Source: an uncultured Lachnospiraceae bacterium (lineage in GTDB: Bacteria; Bacillota; Clostridia; Lachnospirales; Lachnospiraceae). Taken from it: a stretch of 38,679 nucleotides of DNA. Within the stretch, counting starts at the first letter, position 1; every line of letters begins with the position of its first letter. Below, piece after piece: positions 1-7,919 of this stretch. The notes beneath the pieces are model-generated. The model was given only the letters and a program-made list of their open reading frames with translations. It was not told the origin of the DNA and made no database searches. The position numbers and the translations under genes were made by a program. The DNA lies in the NCBI GenBank assembly GCA_902783015.1, contig CACZPL010000027.1, positions 1 to 38,679 of the forward strand, written 5' to 3'.

Positions 1-6
1 TATAAT
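1..6 (+). promoter_or_regulatory. Probable -10 box (TATAAT) of the tRNA-Gln promoter
   Basis: Perfect TATAAT 12 nt upstream of the tRNA 5' end; the -35 box would lie outside the window. Confidence 0.6.
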
Positions 7-18
7 AGCGTCTGTTGA

Positions 19-90
19 TGGGCTATCGCCAAATGGTAAGGCACTGGACTCTGACTCCAGCATTTCCAGGTTCGAGTCCTGGTAGCCCAG
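19..90 (+). tRNA. tRNA-Gln (anticodon CTG)
   Basis: Acceptor stem TGGGCTA/TAGCCCA, D-arm GCCAAATGGTAAGGC, anticodon arm CTGGA-CTCTGAC-TCCAG, T-arm CCAGG-TTCGAGT-CCTGG; no encoded CCA. Confidence 0.97.
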
Positions 91-235
91 CGAGATAACG
101 AAGAACGCAAATGAAAAGAACCATGCACAGTGGGAGCTTGCTCACACAGTTGCATGGTTCTTTTCATTTATGGTCTGACAAGACCGTTCGAGACGAAGCG
201 AAGCGAAGTCGAGACAGCGGTCTTCGTTATCTCGC
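90..235. repeat. Nested inverted-repeat element (REP/MITE-like or structured RNA) between the tRNAs
   Basis: Perfect 15-bp IR 90-104/221-235 enclosing a perfect 19-bp IR 109-127/151-169 (loop contains GAGCTTGCTC), plus AGACCG/CGGTCT arms around a CGAAG x3 repeat. Confidence 0.7.
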
Positions 236-243
236 GTATGATG

Positions 244-273
244 AAAAAAACGGAAAGCATTTCGCTTCCCGTT
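244..273 (-). terminator. Intrinsic terminator of tRNA-Arg
   Basis: Minus strand AACGGGAAGC-GAAAT-GCTTTCCGTT followed by a T run. Confidence 0.75.
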
Positions 274-277
274 CAAA

Positions 278-351
278 CGCGGCGGAGAGGATTCGAACCC
301 CCGACACCTTGGTCCGTAGCCAAGTGCTCTATCCAGCTGAGCTACCACCGC
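278..351 (-). tRNA. tRNA-Arg (anticodon ACG)
   Basis: Reverse complement GCGGTGGTAGCTCAGCTGGATAGAGCA-CTTGG-CTACGGA-CCAAG-GTGTCGGGGGTTCGAATCCTCTCCGCCGCG folds as a canonical cloverleaf. Confidence 0.97.
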
Positions 352-381
352 ATATTGCAAATCTCATTCGCAACAGAGCAT

Positions 382-410
382 ATTTTACAATGGAAACTTC
401 TCTTTGTCAA
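382..410 (-). promoter_or_regulatory. Sigma-A promoter of tRNA-Arg
   Basis: TTGACA (410-405), 17-nt spacer, TAAAAT (387-382). Confidence 0.7.
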
Positions 411-1048
411 GTAGGAAAATCAACTGCTCCGGAAGCCGTACAGATCATGATCATATGATCGCCGTATACGTACTCCGTAAAACGAGCCGTTCTCCCCCGA
501 ACGCACATCCCCTCCGGGTCGACGCAAAAGGAGTCAAGTGCCACGCTGATCCCCTCCCCCTTATATTTCAGATAGCTTTCCTTCATGGTCCATATCCGGA
601 AAAAGCGTTCGGAAAAGACGTGCATGTCATCCCCGGCAGCCTCGATGTACGCATACTCCTCATCCGTAAAGCATCTCTTTGCCACCGCAAGGTCCTTTTC
701 GCGAAACCGGATGCGCTCGCAGTCCGCCCCCACCGGTTCATCGCCGTAGGCGATCACACACAGGCCCTCCGTGTGGGAGAGGTTGTAGTAAAAGCCCTCC
801 GCGCCCTCAAGAAACGGTTTCTCATGCTCTCCCCTGCAGATCCGGATCTCCTCCGGCTCTAACGAAAGCTCTTTTTTTGCCGCCTCCGCGAGCAAAAGCC
901 CTGCCGTATAAGAAAGTGCCCTTGCGCCATCATACTTTAATCGAAGGAGCTTTTCTCTTCTCTCGGGATCCACTCTGCGAAGCTCCGCTTCCGTAAGTTC
1001 GCCTTTGGTAAGCTCTTCTGTTTTTCTGATCTTAATCTTAACCGACAT
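407..1048 (-). CDS. Sfp-type 4'-phosphopantetheinyl transferase
   Basis: GEHEKP, YNLSHT, VGADCE and FFRIWTMKESYLK motifs. The start is ambiguous: ATG 1048 (MSVKIK) or ATG 1090, which has AAGGA upstream. Confidence 0.92.
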   Translation of the reverse strand: MSVKIKIRKTEELTKGELTEAELRRVDPERREKLLRLKYDGARALSYTAGLLLAEAAKKELSLEPEEIRICRGEHEKPFLEGAEGFYYNLSHTEGLCVIAYGDEPVGADCERIRFREKDLAVAKRCFTDEEYAYIEAAGDDMHVFSERFFRIWTMKESYLKYKGEGISVALDSFCVDPEGMCVRGRTARFTEYVYGDHMIMICTASGAVDFPT

Positions 1049-1054
1049 ATTATA

Positions 1055-1085
1055 AAAACCTGCCGGGTGCGCAGGCACCCGGCAG
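1055..1085 (-). terminator. GC-rich hairpin, probable intrinsic terminator between the BtrH-like gene and the PPTase
   Basis: Perfect 11-bp stem CTGCCGGGTGC/GCACCCGGCAG followed by GTTTTT on the minus strand. Confidence 0.65.
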
Positions 1086-1104
1086 TTCATAATTCCTTAT
1101 TTGT

Positions 1105-2160
1105 TTACTGTGCCTCAAGCTCCGCAAGCACGTTAAAGAGGATTGCAACCTCCTTCTCCTTTGCGGTCTCAAGATGATCCTTGAAGCGGTTACCCACGGA
1201 AATGTCTTCCGTGATGGAGATACGGATGAGCAGGTTTCTTGCGGCAAGCACATTGTCCACAACAACCTTATACGCATCCAGCGTCTCCTGATTGTACTTT
1301 AAGTGTCCGGTGTTCATCAGATACTTCAGACGCTCGAGCATCAGTACCTTATGATCGTACATCACATGCAGCGCACGGATGTCGAAGTCCGGCTCCTCCG
1401 CATGGATCTGCTTGTCGATCTGTGAGAGCACCTTGTCGTATACCTTGATGCCGAATACCGTGTCATCGAAACGGTTGCGCATCATACGGAAGTGATCCTT
1501 GGTGTCCTCGGAGTTCAAATACTCGCGCAGTGTCGTCTTGATCAGTTCGAGATCAAGCTCATATACGGAATTCTCGGTGTTCTTGATGATCACGTAGAGG
1601 CCGCGTCTGCCCTTGTAGTCATCCTTGAACATGTGGTCCTCCTGTGCGGAGATCACCTCGTATCCGCGCTCGATATCCGAGAAGGATACGGTCTTGTGAG
1701 AATACTTATCCTGGAAAGTAAAGTCACCCGTGTAGAAATATTCCTCATCGCGGTTGTAACCGTAGATGAACAGCTCGTGCGGGAACTTGTAATCCACGTC
1801 TGCGTCGCAGAGGATCTTTGCCTCATCGAACACGCCGTATACGTAGCCGCCGAGATCAATGGTCTTGATGATGAAGTCAATGATATTTCCGCAATAGCTC
1901 TCGATCTGCTCCTTGGTAAGCAGCGAATATACCAGATACGGGCAAAGCTTTAAGGAGCTTGAACCCGGCATCATATCCGCAAGCAGCATGTCGTCGCCGG
2001 TGAAGATCTCCTGAATGTCGTAGCAGCGAAGCTGGATGTAGTTGCTGTAGATCCACTTCTTTGCGTTTTCGTCATCCGAGAGAATGGAAAAAAGCGTTGC
2101 ATGCCACTGCCACGAAGTGATCAGCGGAACCGTTAAGGGTAATCTTTTCTTATCTGCCAT
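1105..2160 (-). CDS. BtrH N-terminal-like (papain/transglutaminase-fold) protein, putative ACP-dependent transacylase
   Basis: WIYSNYIQL, CPYL, IIDFIIKTIDLGGYVY and FPHELFIYGYN...GDF motifs typical of clostridial BtrH-like proteins; strong RBS GGAGGAGG; lies between ACP and PPTase. Confidence 0.6.
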   Translation of the reverse strand: MADKKRLPLTVPLITSWQWHATLFSILSDDENAKKWIYSNYIQLRCYDIQEIFTGDDMLLADMMPGSSSLKLCPYLVYSLLTKEQIESYCGNIIDFIIKTIDLGGYVYGVFDEAKILCDADVDYKFPHELFIYGYNRDEEYFYTGDFTFQDKYSHKTVSFSDIERGYEVISAQEDHMFKDDYKGRRGLYVIIKNTENSVYELDLELIKTTLREYLNSEDTKDHFRMMRNRFDDTVFGIKVYDKVLSQIDKQIHAEEPDFDIRALHVMYDHKVLMLERLKYLMNTGHLKYNQETLDAYKVVVDNVLAARNLLIRISITEDISVGNRFKDHLETAKEKEVAILFNVLAELEAQ

Positions 2161-2187
2161 TTTTAGTTGCCTCCTCCGAAAAATATG

Positions 2188-2433
2188 TTAAGAAATCTTT
2201 CCCGCGATGGTCGCGGCAATATCACCGAAGCTCTCGTACTCATCGAGTGCAAGTTCGAAATCCGTAAAGGAGATGTCGAACTTTTCCTCCGCAGCTACGA
2301 GTAAGCGAATGAGCGACACGGAATTCACCCCGTATTCCTTCGTGATCGACGCATTCATATTGACGTCATCCAGATCCGGAAACTCCTCACGGATGACCTC
2401 TTCAAGCTTTTTTGTGATCTGATCTTTGTCCAT
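2188..2433 (-). CDS. Acyl/peptidyl carrier protein
   Basis: 81 aa, acidic, YGVNSV phosphopantetheine-attachment motif (GxDS variant) followed by EEKFDI. Confidence 0.9.
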   Translation of the reverse strand: MDKDQITKKLEEVIREEFPDLDDVNMNASITKEYGVNSVSLIRLLVAAEEKFDISFTDFELALDEYESFGDIAATIAGKIS

Positions 2434-2471
2434 GCCTGTACCCCCTAATACATTATAGATAATACTTTTTC

Positions 2472-2500
2472 ATTGTACCTCAAAATGCAGAAACCGTCAA
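2472..2500 (-). promoter_or_regulatory. Sigma-A promoter of the ACP operon
   Basis: TTGACG (2500-2495), 17-nt spacer, TACAAT (2477-2472). Confidence 0.65.
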
Positions 2501-2524
2501 TGCTTTTAAGTGTCTGCGCGGGCG

Positions 2525-4477
2525 CTATTCAAGCTCGAACGCACCCGTGTAGAGCTGGTAATATGTACCCTTCTGATCTATCAGTTCATCGTGGGTTCCG
2601 CGCTCGATGATGCGGCCCTGATCAAGCACCATGATGGCATCGGAATTCCTGACCGTGGAGAGTCTGTGCGCGATCACGAACACGGTCCTGCCGTGCATCA
2701 GATTGTCCATACCCTCCTGCACCATGGCCTCGGTTCTCGTATCGATGGATGAGGTCGCCTCATCTAAGATCATGATGGGCGGGTTTGCCACAGCCGCGCG
2801 TGCGATGGAGAGAAGCTGCCGCTGCCCCTGGGAGAGGCTGGCTCCGTTTCCGGAAAGCTCCGTCTGATACCCATCGGGAAGACGGGTGATAAAGTCATCC
2901 GCATTGGCGAGCTTTGCCGCCTGTATACACTCCTCGTCCGTTGCGTCCAGTCTGCCGTAACGGATGTTGTCCATCACGGTTCCCGTAAAGAGATTCACGT
3001 CCTGCAGCACCACGCCGAGGGACCTCCTCAGATCCGGTTTCTTGATCTTGTTGATGTTGATGCCGTCGTAGCGGATCTTGCCGTCCGGGATATCATAGAA
3101 ACGGTTGATCAGGTTGGTGATCGTCGTCTTGCCCGCACCGGTCGCACCCACGAAGGCAATCTTTTCACCCGGCTTTGCATACAGCGAGATGTCGTGCAGC
3201 ACCATCTTTTCTTCCGTGTAACCGAAATCCACATGCTCGAGCACACAGTCGCCCTTTAATTCCGTATAGGTCACGGAACCGTCCGCCGTATGCGGATGCT
3301 TCCATGCCCAAAGTCCCGTGATGTGGTCCGCCTCGGAGAGCTCTCCGTTTTCGTTTCGTACAGCGTTTACAAGCGTCACATAGCCCTCGTCCTTTTCGGG
3401 CTCCTCGTCCGCAAGCTCAAAGCAGCGGCTGGCACCGGCAAGGCCCATGGCGATCATGTTCACCTGCATGGAGGACTGTCCCACCGTCTGGGCAAGATGT
3501 CTCGACATGCCGAGGAAGGTGATGATCACACCGATGGTGATGGGCTCCACGCCACGCAGACATACGTTGGTTGCCCCGAGTGCCGTGAGCAGACCTCCGA
3601 GTACCGCGAGCACCACATACATGATATTACCCATGTTGTGCAGGATCGGCATGAGGATATTACCGTATTTGTTCGCAAGCTCCGCATTGGTAAACAGAGC
3701 CTCGTTCAGTTCATTAAAGCGTTCCTTGCTCTCCGTCTCGTGGTTGAAGACCTTGACCACCTTCTGGCCCTCCATCATCTCCTCCACATATCCCTCGCAG
3801 GATGCAAGGGAGCGTTGCTGCGCCATCATGTATTTTGCCGATGCACCGGCAAATTTCTTGATCACGGCAGTCATCAGGATCAGGAAAACGATCACGCCGA
3901 CGGTCATCCACAAGCTGTAATAGATCATCATAAAGAACATGGTACCCACGGTGAGGATGGACTGGATCAGCGTGGGAATGCTCTGCCCGATCAGCTGTCT
4001 CACCGCATCCACATCGTTTGTATAGGTACTCATGACATCGCCGTGCGCATGGGTATCAAAGAAGCGCACCGGCAGTGTCTGCATCTTGTCAAACATATCA
4101 TCGCGGATATGCTTCAAGGTTCCCTGTGTGACCACTGCCATGATCCGCGTATAGGTAAAGGACACGATCACGCCGATCAGATATACCGTCGCCATCACCG
4201 CGAGGATGGAGAAAAAGGCTTTCTCGTCAAAGGGCTTGTCATCCTCCACGACCGGAATGATACATTCATCGATCAGTCGCTGCAAAAACATGGTCGATAC
4301 CATGCTCGCGAGGGCGCTCAGGATGATACAGAACACGACAATACCGATCCTGCCGCCATACCAGGTTGATACATATTTCATCAGGCGCTTAAAGGTTCCC
4401 TTCTTGATCCCCATGCCGGGCGGCATGGCACCCTTCGGTCCCGCATTTCCGCGTCTCATCATCGGTTTCGGACTCAT
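2525..4477 (-). CDS. ABC exporter, fused permease/ATPase (consensus-site subunit of a heterodimer)
   Basis: 6-TM N-terminus, GATGAGKT, LSQGQRQ, ILDEATS, IAHRLS. Confidence 0.95.
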   Translation of the reverse strand: MSPKPMMRRGNAGPKGAMPPGMGIKKGTFKRLMKYVSTWYGGRIGIVVFCIILSALASMVSTMFLQRLIDECIIPVVEDDKPFDEKAFFSILAVMATVYLIGVIVSFTYTRIMAVVTQGTLKHIRDDMFDKMQTLPVRFFDTHAHGDVMSTYTNDVDAVRQLIGQSIPTLIQSILTVGTMFFMMIYYSLWMTVGVIVFLILMTAVIKKFAGASAKYMMAQQRSLASCEGYVEEMMEGQKVVKVFNHETESKERFNELNEALFTNAELANKYGNILMPILHNMGNIMYVVLAVLGGLLTALGATNVCLRGVEPITIGVIITFLGMSRHLAQTVGQSSMQVNMIAMGLAGASRCFELADEEPEKDEGYVTLVNAVRNENGELSEADHITGLWAWKHPHTADGSVTYTELKGDCVLEHVDFGYTEEKMVLHDISLYAKPGEKIAFVGATGAGKTTITNLINRFYDIPDGKIRYDGININKIKKPDLRRSLGVVLQDVNLFTGTVMDNIRYGRLDATDEECIQAAKLANADDFITRLPDGYQTELSGNGASLSQGQRQLLSIARAAVANPPIMILDEATSSIDTRTEAMVQEGMDNLMHGRTVFVIAHRLSTVRNSDAIMVLDQGRIIERGTHDELIDQKGTYYQLYTGAFELE

Positions 4478-6213
4478 GATGCCACCTCCCTGCTCTTTGT
4501 CTGGGAATCATAGATTTCCCTGTAAATGCCTCCGTGAGTCATCAATGTCTCATGGGTTCCCTGCTCCACGATCTTTCCGCCGTCCAGCACCAGGATCAGA
4601 TCCGCATCCTCCACCGAGGAAAGGCGCTGCGCGATGATGATCTTCGTGGTATCCGGGATTTCTTCCGCAAATGCCTTTCTGATCAGTGCATCCGTCTTGG
4701 TATCCACCGCGGAGGTGGAGTCGTCCAGGATCAGGATCTTCGGCTGTTTGAGCAGCGCACGCGCGATGCAGAGTCGCTGCTTTTGTCCGCCGGACACATT
4801 GGTTCCGCCCTGCTCGATATGGGTGTCGTAGCCGTCCGGGAACTTTGAGATGAACTCATCGGCCTGCGCAAGCTTGCAGACTCTGACCAGCTCCTCGTCC
4901 GAGGCGTCCTTGTTGCCCCACCGCAGATTCTCTTTGATGGTTCCGGCAAAGAGCACGTTCTTTTGGAGCACCACGGCAACATTGTCGCGGAGCGCGGTGA
5001 GCTCGTACTCCCGCACATCGTGACCGCCCACAAGCAGTGCCCCTTCCGTCACGTCATAGAGACGGGGAATGAGCTGTACAAGGGAGCTCTTCGACGAACC
5101 GGTTCCGCCTATGATCCCGACGGTCATGCCGCTCTTGATCTCCAAATTGATATCGGAAAGCGCGTTTCTCTTGCTGCGCGCCTTATACTTGAAGGATACG
5201 TTCCGGAAGGAAATGCTGCCGTCCGGGATCTCCGTGAGTCCGTTTTCCGGGGAGGTCAGCGTGCTGTCGTGCGACAAAACCTCCACGATACGGTTGGCCG
5301 CCTCCGATGCGAGGGAACACATCACAAAAACCATGGAAAGGATCATCATGGACATGAGGATCTGAACACCGTAAGCGGTAAGGGAAGAAAGCTCACCTGT
5401 AGAAAGCTCCGAACCCTTGGTATTGATGATCAACTTCGCGCCGAGGAAGCTGACCAGGAACATGGATACATACATACAGAGCATCATGACCGGATTGTTG
5501 AAGGCGATGATCTTCTCCGCCTTTGTAAAATCCGCCTGCACCTCGCCGGATGCTTTGTTAAACTTCTCGATCTCATAGTCCTCGCGTACAAAGGATTTGA
5601 CCACACGGATACCGGCCACATTCTCCTGGACCGAATTGTTCAGTGCGTCGTAGCGCTTGAAGATACGCTTGAAGATCGGGTGTACGTAAAAGAATATCCC
5701 GAATAATGCCACGCCGAGGATCGGCACAATGCCGAGGAAGATCAGCGACATCTTCACGCTGATCGCCAAACTCATGGCTATCGAGAAGACGAGCATGAGC
5801 GGTGTGCGGATGGCTCCGCGGATGATCATCTGGAACGCGTTCTGTACGTTCGTCACATCCGTGGTCAGTCTGGTGACCAGCGAGGATGTGGAGAAGGTAT
5901 CGATATCGGAAAAACCGTAATCCTGTACCTTATAAAAAAGGTCCTTTCTCAGGTTCTTTGCAAATCCGGCCGAGGCGGTTGCCGCCTGCACGCCGGCCAG
6001 CCAGCCGAACAGCAGGGAAAGCATGGCGAGCGCCAGAAGGATCGCGCCATATTTGAAGATCGGTGTCATAGAGCTTCCGTCCATCTCATCGATCAGACGA
6101 GCCATGACAAAGGGAAGCAGGCACTCGAGCACAACCTCACAGGCCACAAAGACCGGCGTGAGGATGGCCGGGCGCTTATATTCCCGGATGCTTTTCATCA
6201 ATGCTTTGATCAT
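4474..6213 (-). CDS. ABC exporter, fused permease/ATPase (degenerate-site subunit)
   Basis: TM domain, GGTGSSKS, VSGGQKQ, degenerate ILDDSTS and IAQR; ATGA overlap with the partner gene. Confidence 0.95.
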   Translation of the reverse strand: MIKALMKSIREYKRPAILTPVFVACEVVLECLLPFVMARLIDEMDGSSMTPIFKYGAILLALAMLSLLFGWLAGVQAATASAGFAKNLRKDLFYKVQDYGFSDIDTFSTSSLVTRLTTDVTNVQNAFQMIIRGAIRTPLMLVFSIAMSLAISVKMSLIFLGIVPILGVALFGIFFYVHPIFKRIFKRYDALNNSVQENVAGIRVVKSFVREDYEIEKFNKASGEVQADFTKAEKIIAFNNPVMMLCMYVSMFLVSFLGAKLIINTKGSELSTGELSSLTAYGVQILMSMMILSMVFVMCSLASEAANRIVEVLSHDSTLTSPENGLTEIPDGSISFRNVSFKYKARSKRNALSDINLEIKSGMTVGIIGGTGSSKSSLVQLIPRLYDVTEGALLVGGHDVREYELTALRDNVAVVLQKNVLFAGTIKENLRWGNKDASDEELVRVCKLAQADEFISKFPDGYDTHIEQGGTNVSGGQKQRLCIARALLKQPKILILDDSTSAVDTKTDALIRKAFAEEIPDTTKIIIAQRLSSVEDADLILVLDGGKIVEQGTHETLMTHGGIYREIYDSQTKSREVAS

Positions 6214-6231
6214 TTGTCTTTTTCGTCCTTT

Positions 6232-6648
6232 CTACATATTTGCGTCTACCAGCTTCAACAGCCAGGTGAGCTCCGCAAGTTCCTTTTCGCTCAGGCTCTC
6301 CGTGAGGCGCTGGTCGGCCTCCGCCTTGCCCTTTACCAGCCGTTTGTCGATAGCCTTTGCCTTATCCGTCAGGATCACGCGCTTGTTGCGCTTATCCTTT
6401 TCATCTCTGGCGCAGCTGACATACTCGTTCTTTTCGAGCCTCGTCACAAGGCCGACCACCGTGGGGTGTGACACCTTGAGGAAGGACTCGATCTCGCGCT
6501 GTGTGGTTTCACCGCCCTGTTTCTTGATGAAGCAGAGCACCTGCACCTGTGAGAAGGTGAGATCATACTTTTTAAATTCCGCGTCTGCCTGCGTGCGCAT
6601 CTTTGCGTTGATCGCCTTGATCAGATCGCTTACCGTCTGTTCCTCCAT
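6232..6648 (-). CDS. MarR-family transcriptional regulator
   Basis: LTFSQ..VL, TQREIE..L.VSHPTVVGLVTRLEK, DKRNKRVILT; ATG 6648 follows an AAAGGA RBS. Confidence 0.93.
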   Translation of the reverse strand: MEEQTVSDLIKAINAKMRTQADAEFKKYDLTFSQVQVLCFIKKQGGETTQREIESFLKVSHPTVVGLVTRLEKNEYVSCARDEKDKRNKRVILTDKAKAIDKRLVKGKAEADQRLTESLSEKELAELTWLLKLVDANM

Positions 6649-6668
6649 AGCATTTCCTTTCAAATTAA

Positions 6669-6715
6669 AAATGTAGTCTGCTACAGAGTTTACTGTGACA
6701 GACTACATTTGTCAA
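6669..6715 (-). promoter_or_regulatory. Sigma-A promoter overlapped by a palindromic MarR operator
   Basis: TTGACA-17-TAAACT on the minus strand; perfect 12-bp IR AAATGTAGTCTG (6669-6680) / CAGACTACATTT (6699-6710). Could also act as the terminator of the upstream gene. Confidence 0.75.
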
Positions 6716-6719
6716 GTCT

Positions 6720-7919
6720 CTATTCTTCGATTTCGATCACATCCTGAAGGACGTAATGGAACTCCGGTGCCGAACCGTGCTCGTTTTCCTCAAAGCCGCC
6801 GGAAATGTCAATGGTATCATTCGGATCCTCGGGATCCACGCCTTTATACGGACCCTTGAAGATGTCGATCTTTCCACGCTTGATATCCGAGATCACATCC
6901 TCCATTTTATCGGCATAGCTCTGATCCGTATTGGTGGTGTTTAATTCCACCATACGCACCCAATCCTCCGCCATACCGCCGCAGGCATCGTTGCCCACGA
7001 TCTTTGCGTCCACATACTTTTCTATATCCTTACCGGCAAGCACCGCTTCGACTGCCGCACACATATAGGGTTCCCAGTTGATCCGGGTGCTGACCAGGGT
7101 TGAGGTCGGTGCCACGTCCATCATACTCTGGTTATAACCGACATTGTATACATGATACTGCAGCTCCGACTCTTCGCAGGCCTCGGCGGGGCCCACGGTA
7201 TCCGAGTGCTGGCCGATCACGACACAGCCATCTTCGATCAGCTTCTTTGCTTCCCTCTTTTCCGTCATATAATCACTCCAGGTATTCGTATAACGAACCT
7301 TCATGGTAGCGGTAGGCATCACGGAACGGATGCCGAGAAAAAATGCGGTGTAGCCGGAGATCACCTCCGCGTAAGGGAAGGCTGCCACATAACCGACCAC
7401 CGCCTGCTCGGGCTTGATCTCCCCCTGTTCCACCATTTCCTTCAGCTTCATGCCTGCCACAACACCGGACACATAGCGACCCTCGCAGATCCTGCCCATA
7501 AAGTTGTGATAATTGTCAAGCTTTACATCCTTGTTTGCGAGATCACCCGTCGCCACACAGAACTGGATATCCGGGTATTTCTCGGCAAATTCCTTTGCGG
7601 TAAACTGATAACCGTAGCTTGTGGTGAAGATCAGATCACAGCCTTTTTTTACCAGCCGCTCCAGACCCTCGGCAGCATTTTCTTCGGGTACGTTGTTTTC
7701 CACGAAGATCTCGACACGATCCTGATATTTCACCTCGATCGCGTTCTGCGCCATGATAAAATTGTAGGTATACGGAGCACTCTCGTCATTCACATACAGG
7801 AAGCCGACCTTGATGGTTCTGTCCTCATGCATGTTCTTTTTTTGCTCATACCGGAGAAAGAAGGCAATCAGGAGCAGACAGACACAGACCACAAGGCTGA
7901 TGATATTAATTCTCTTCAT
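6720..7919 (-). CDS. BMP-family (PnrA-like) substrate-binding protein, membrane anchored
   Basis: KVGFLYV, GCDLIFTTSYGY, EGRYVSGVVAG, GYVAAFPYAEV and VIGQHSD motifs; N-terminal hydrophobic anchor; GGAGG RBS before ATG 7919. Confidence 0.9.
   Translation of the reverse strand: MKRINIISLVVCVCLLLIAFFLRYEQKKNMHEDRTIKVGFLYVNDESAPYTYNFIMAQNAIEVKYQDRVEIFVENNVPEENAAEGLERLVKKGCDLIFTTSYGYQFTAKEFAEKYPDIQFCVATGDLANKDVKLDNYHNFMGRICEGRYVSGVVAGMKLKEMVEQGEIKPEQAVVGYVAAFPYAEVISGYTAFFLGIRSVMPTATMKVRYTNTWSDYMTEKREAKKLIEDGCVVIGQHSDTVGPAEACEESELQYHVYNVGYNQSMMDVAPTSTLVSTRINWEPYMCAAVEAVLAGKDIEKYVDAKIVGNDACGGMAEDWVRMVELNTTNTDQSYADKMEDVISDIKRGKIDIFKGPYKGVDPEDPNDTIDISGGFEENEHGSAPEFHYVLQDVIEIEE

Noticed and set aside
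190-212. CGAAG tandem repeat as a CRISPR array or VNTR
   Set aside because: Only three 5-bp units inside a hairpin. I saw no repeat-spacer array or cas gene anywhere in the window.
111-458. Short ORFs (115, 94 and 72 aa) in the tRNA region
   Set aside because: They overlap tRNA-Arg and the palindromic element, have no convincing RBS and show no protein-like motifs.
19-2500. tRNA-anchored genomic island containing the ACP cluster
   Set aside because: No integrase or duplicated tRNA 3' end was seen, the cluster lies 5' of tRNA-Arg, and composition looks like the flanking genes.
2525-6648. ABC exporter pair as the dedicated exporter for the ACP cluster
   Set aside because: This is a very common MarR plus heterodimeric exporter unit, and the ACP genes have their own promoter without the MarR palindrome. 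Adjacency alone is insufficient.
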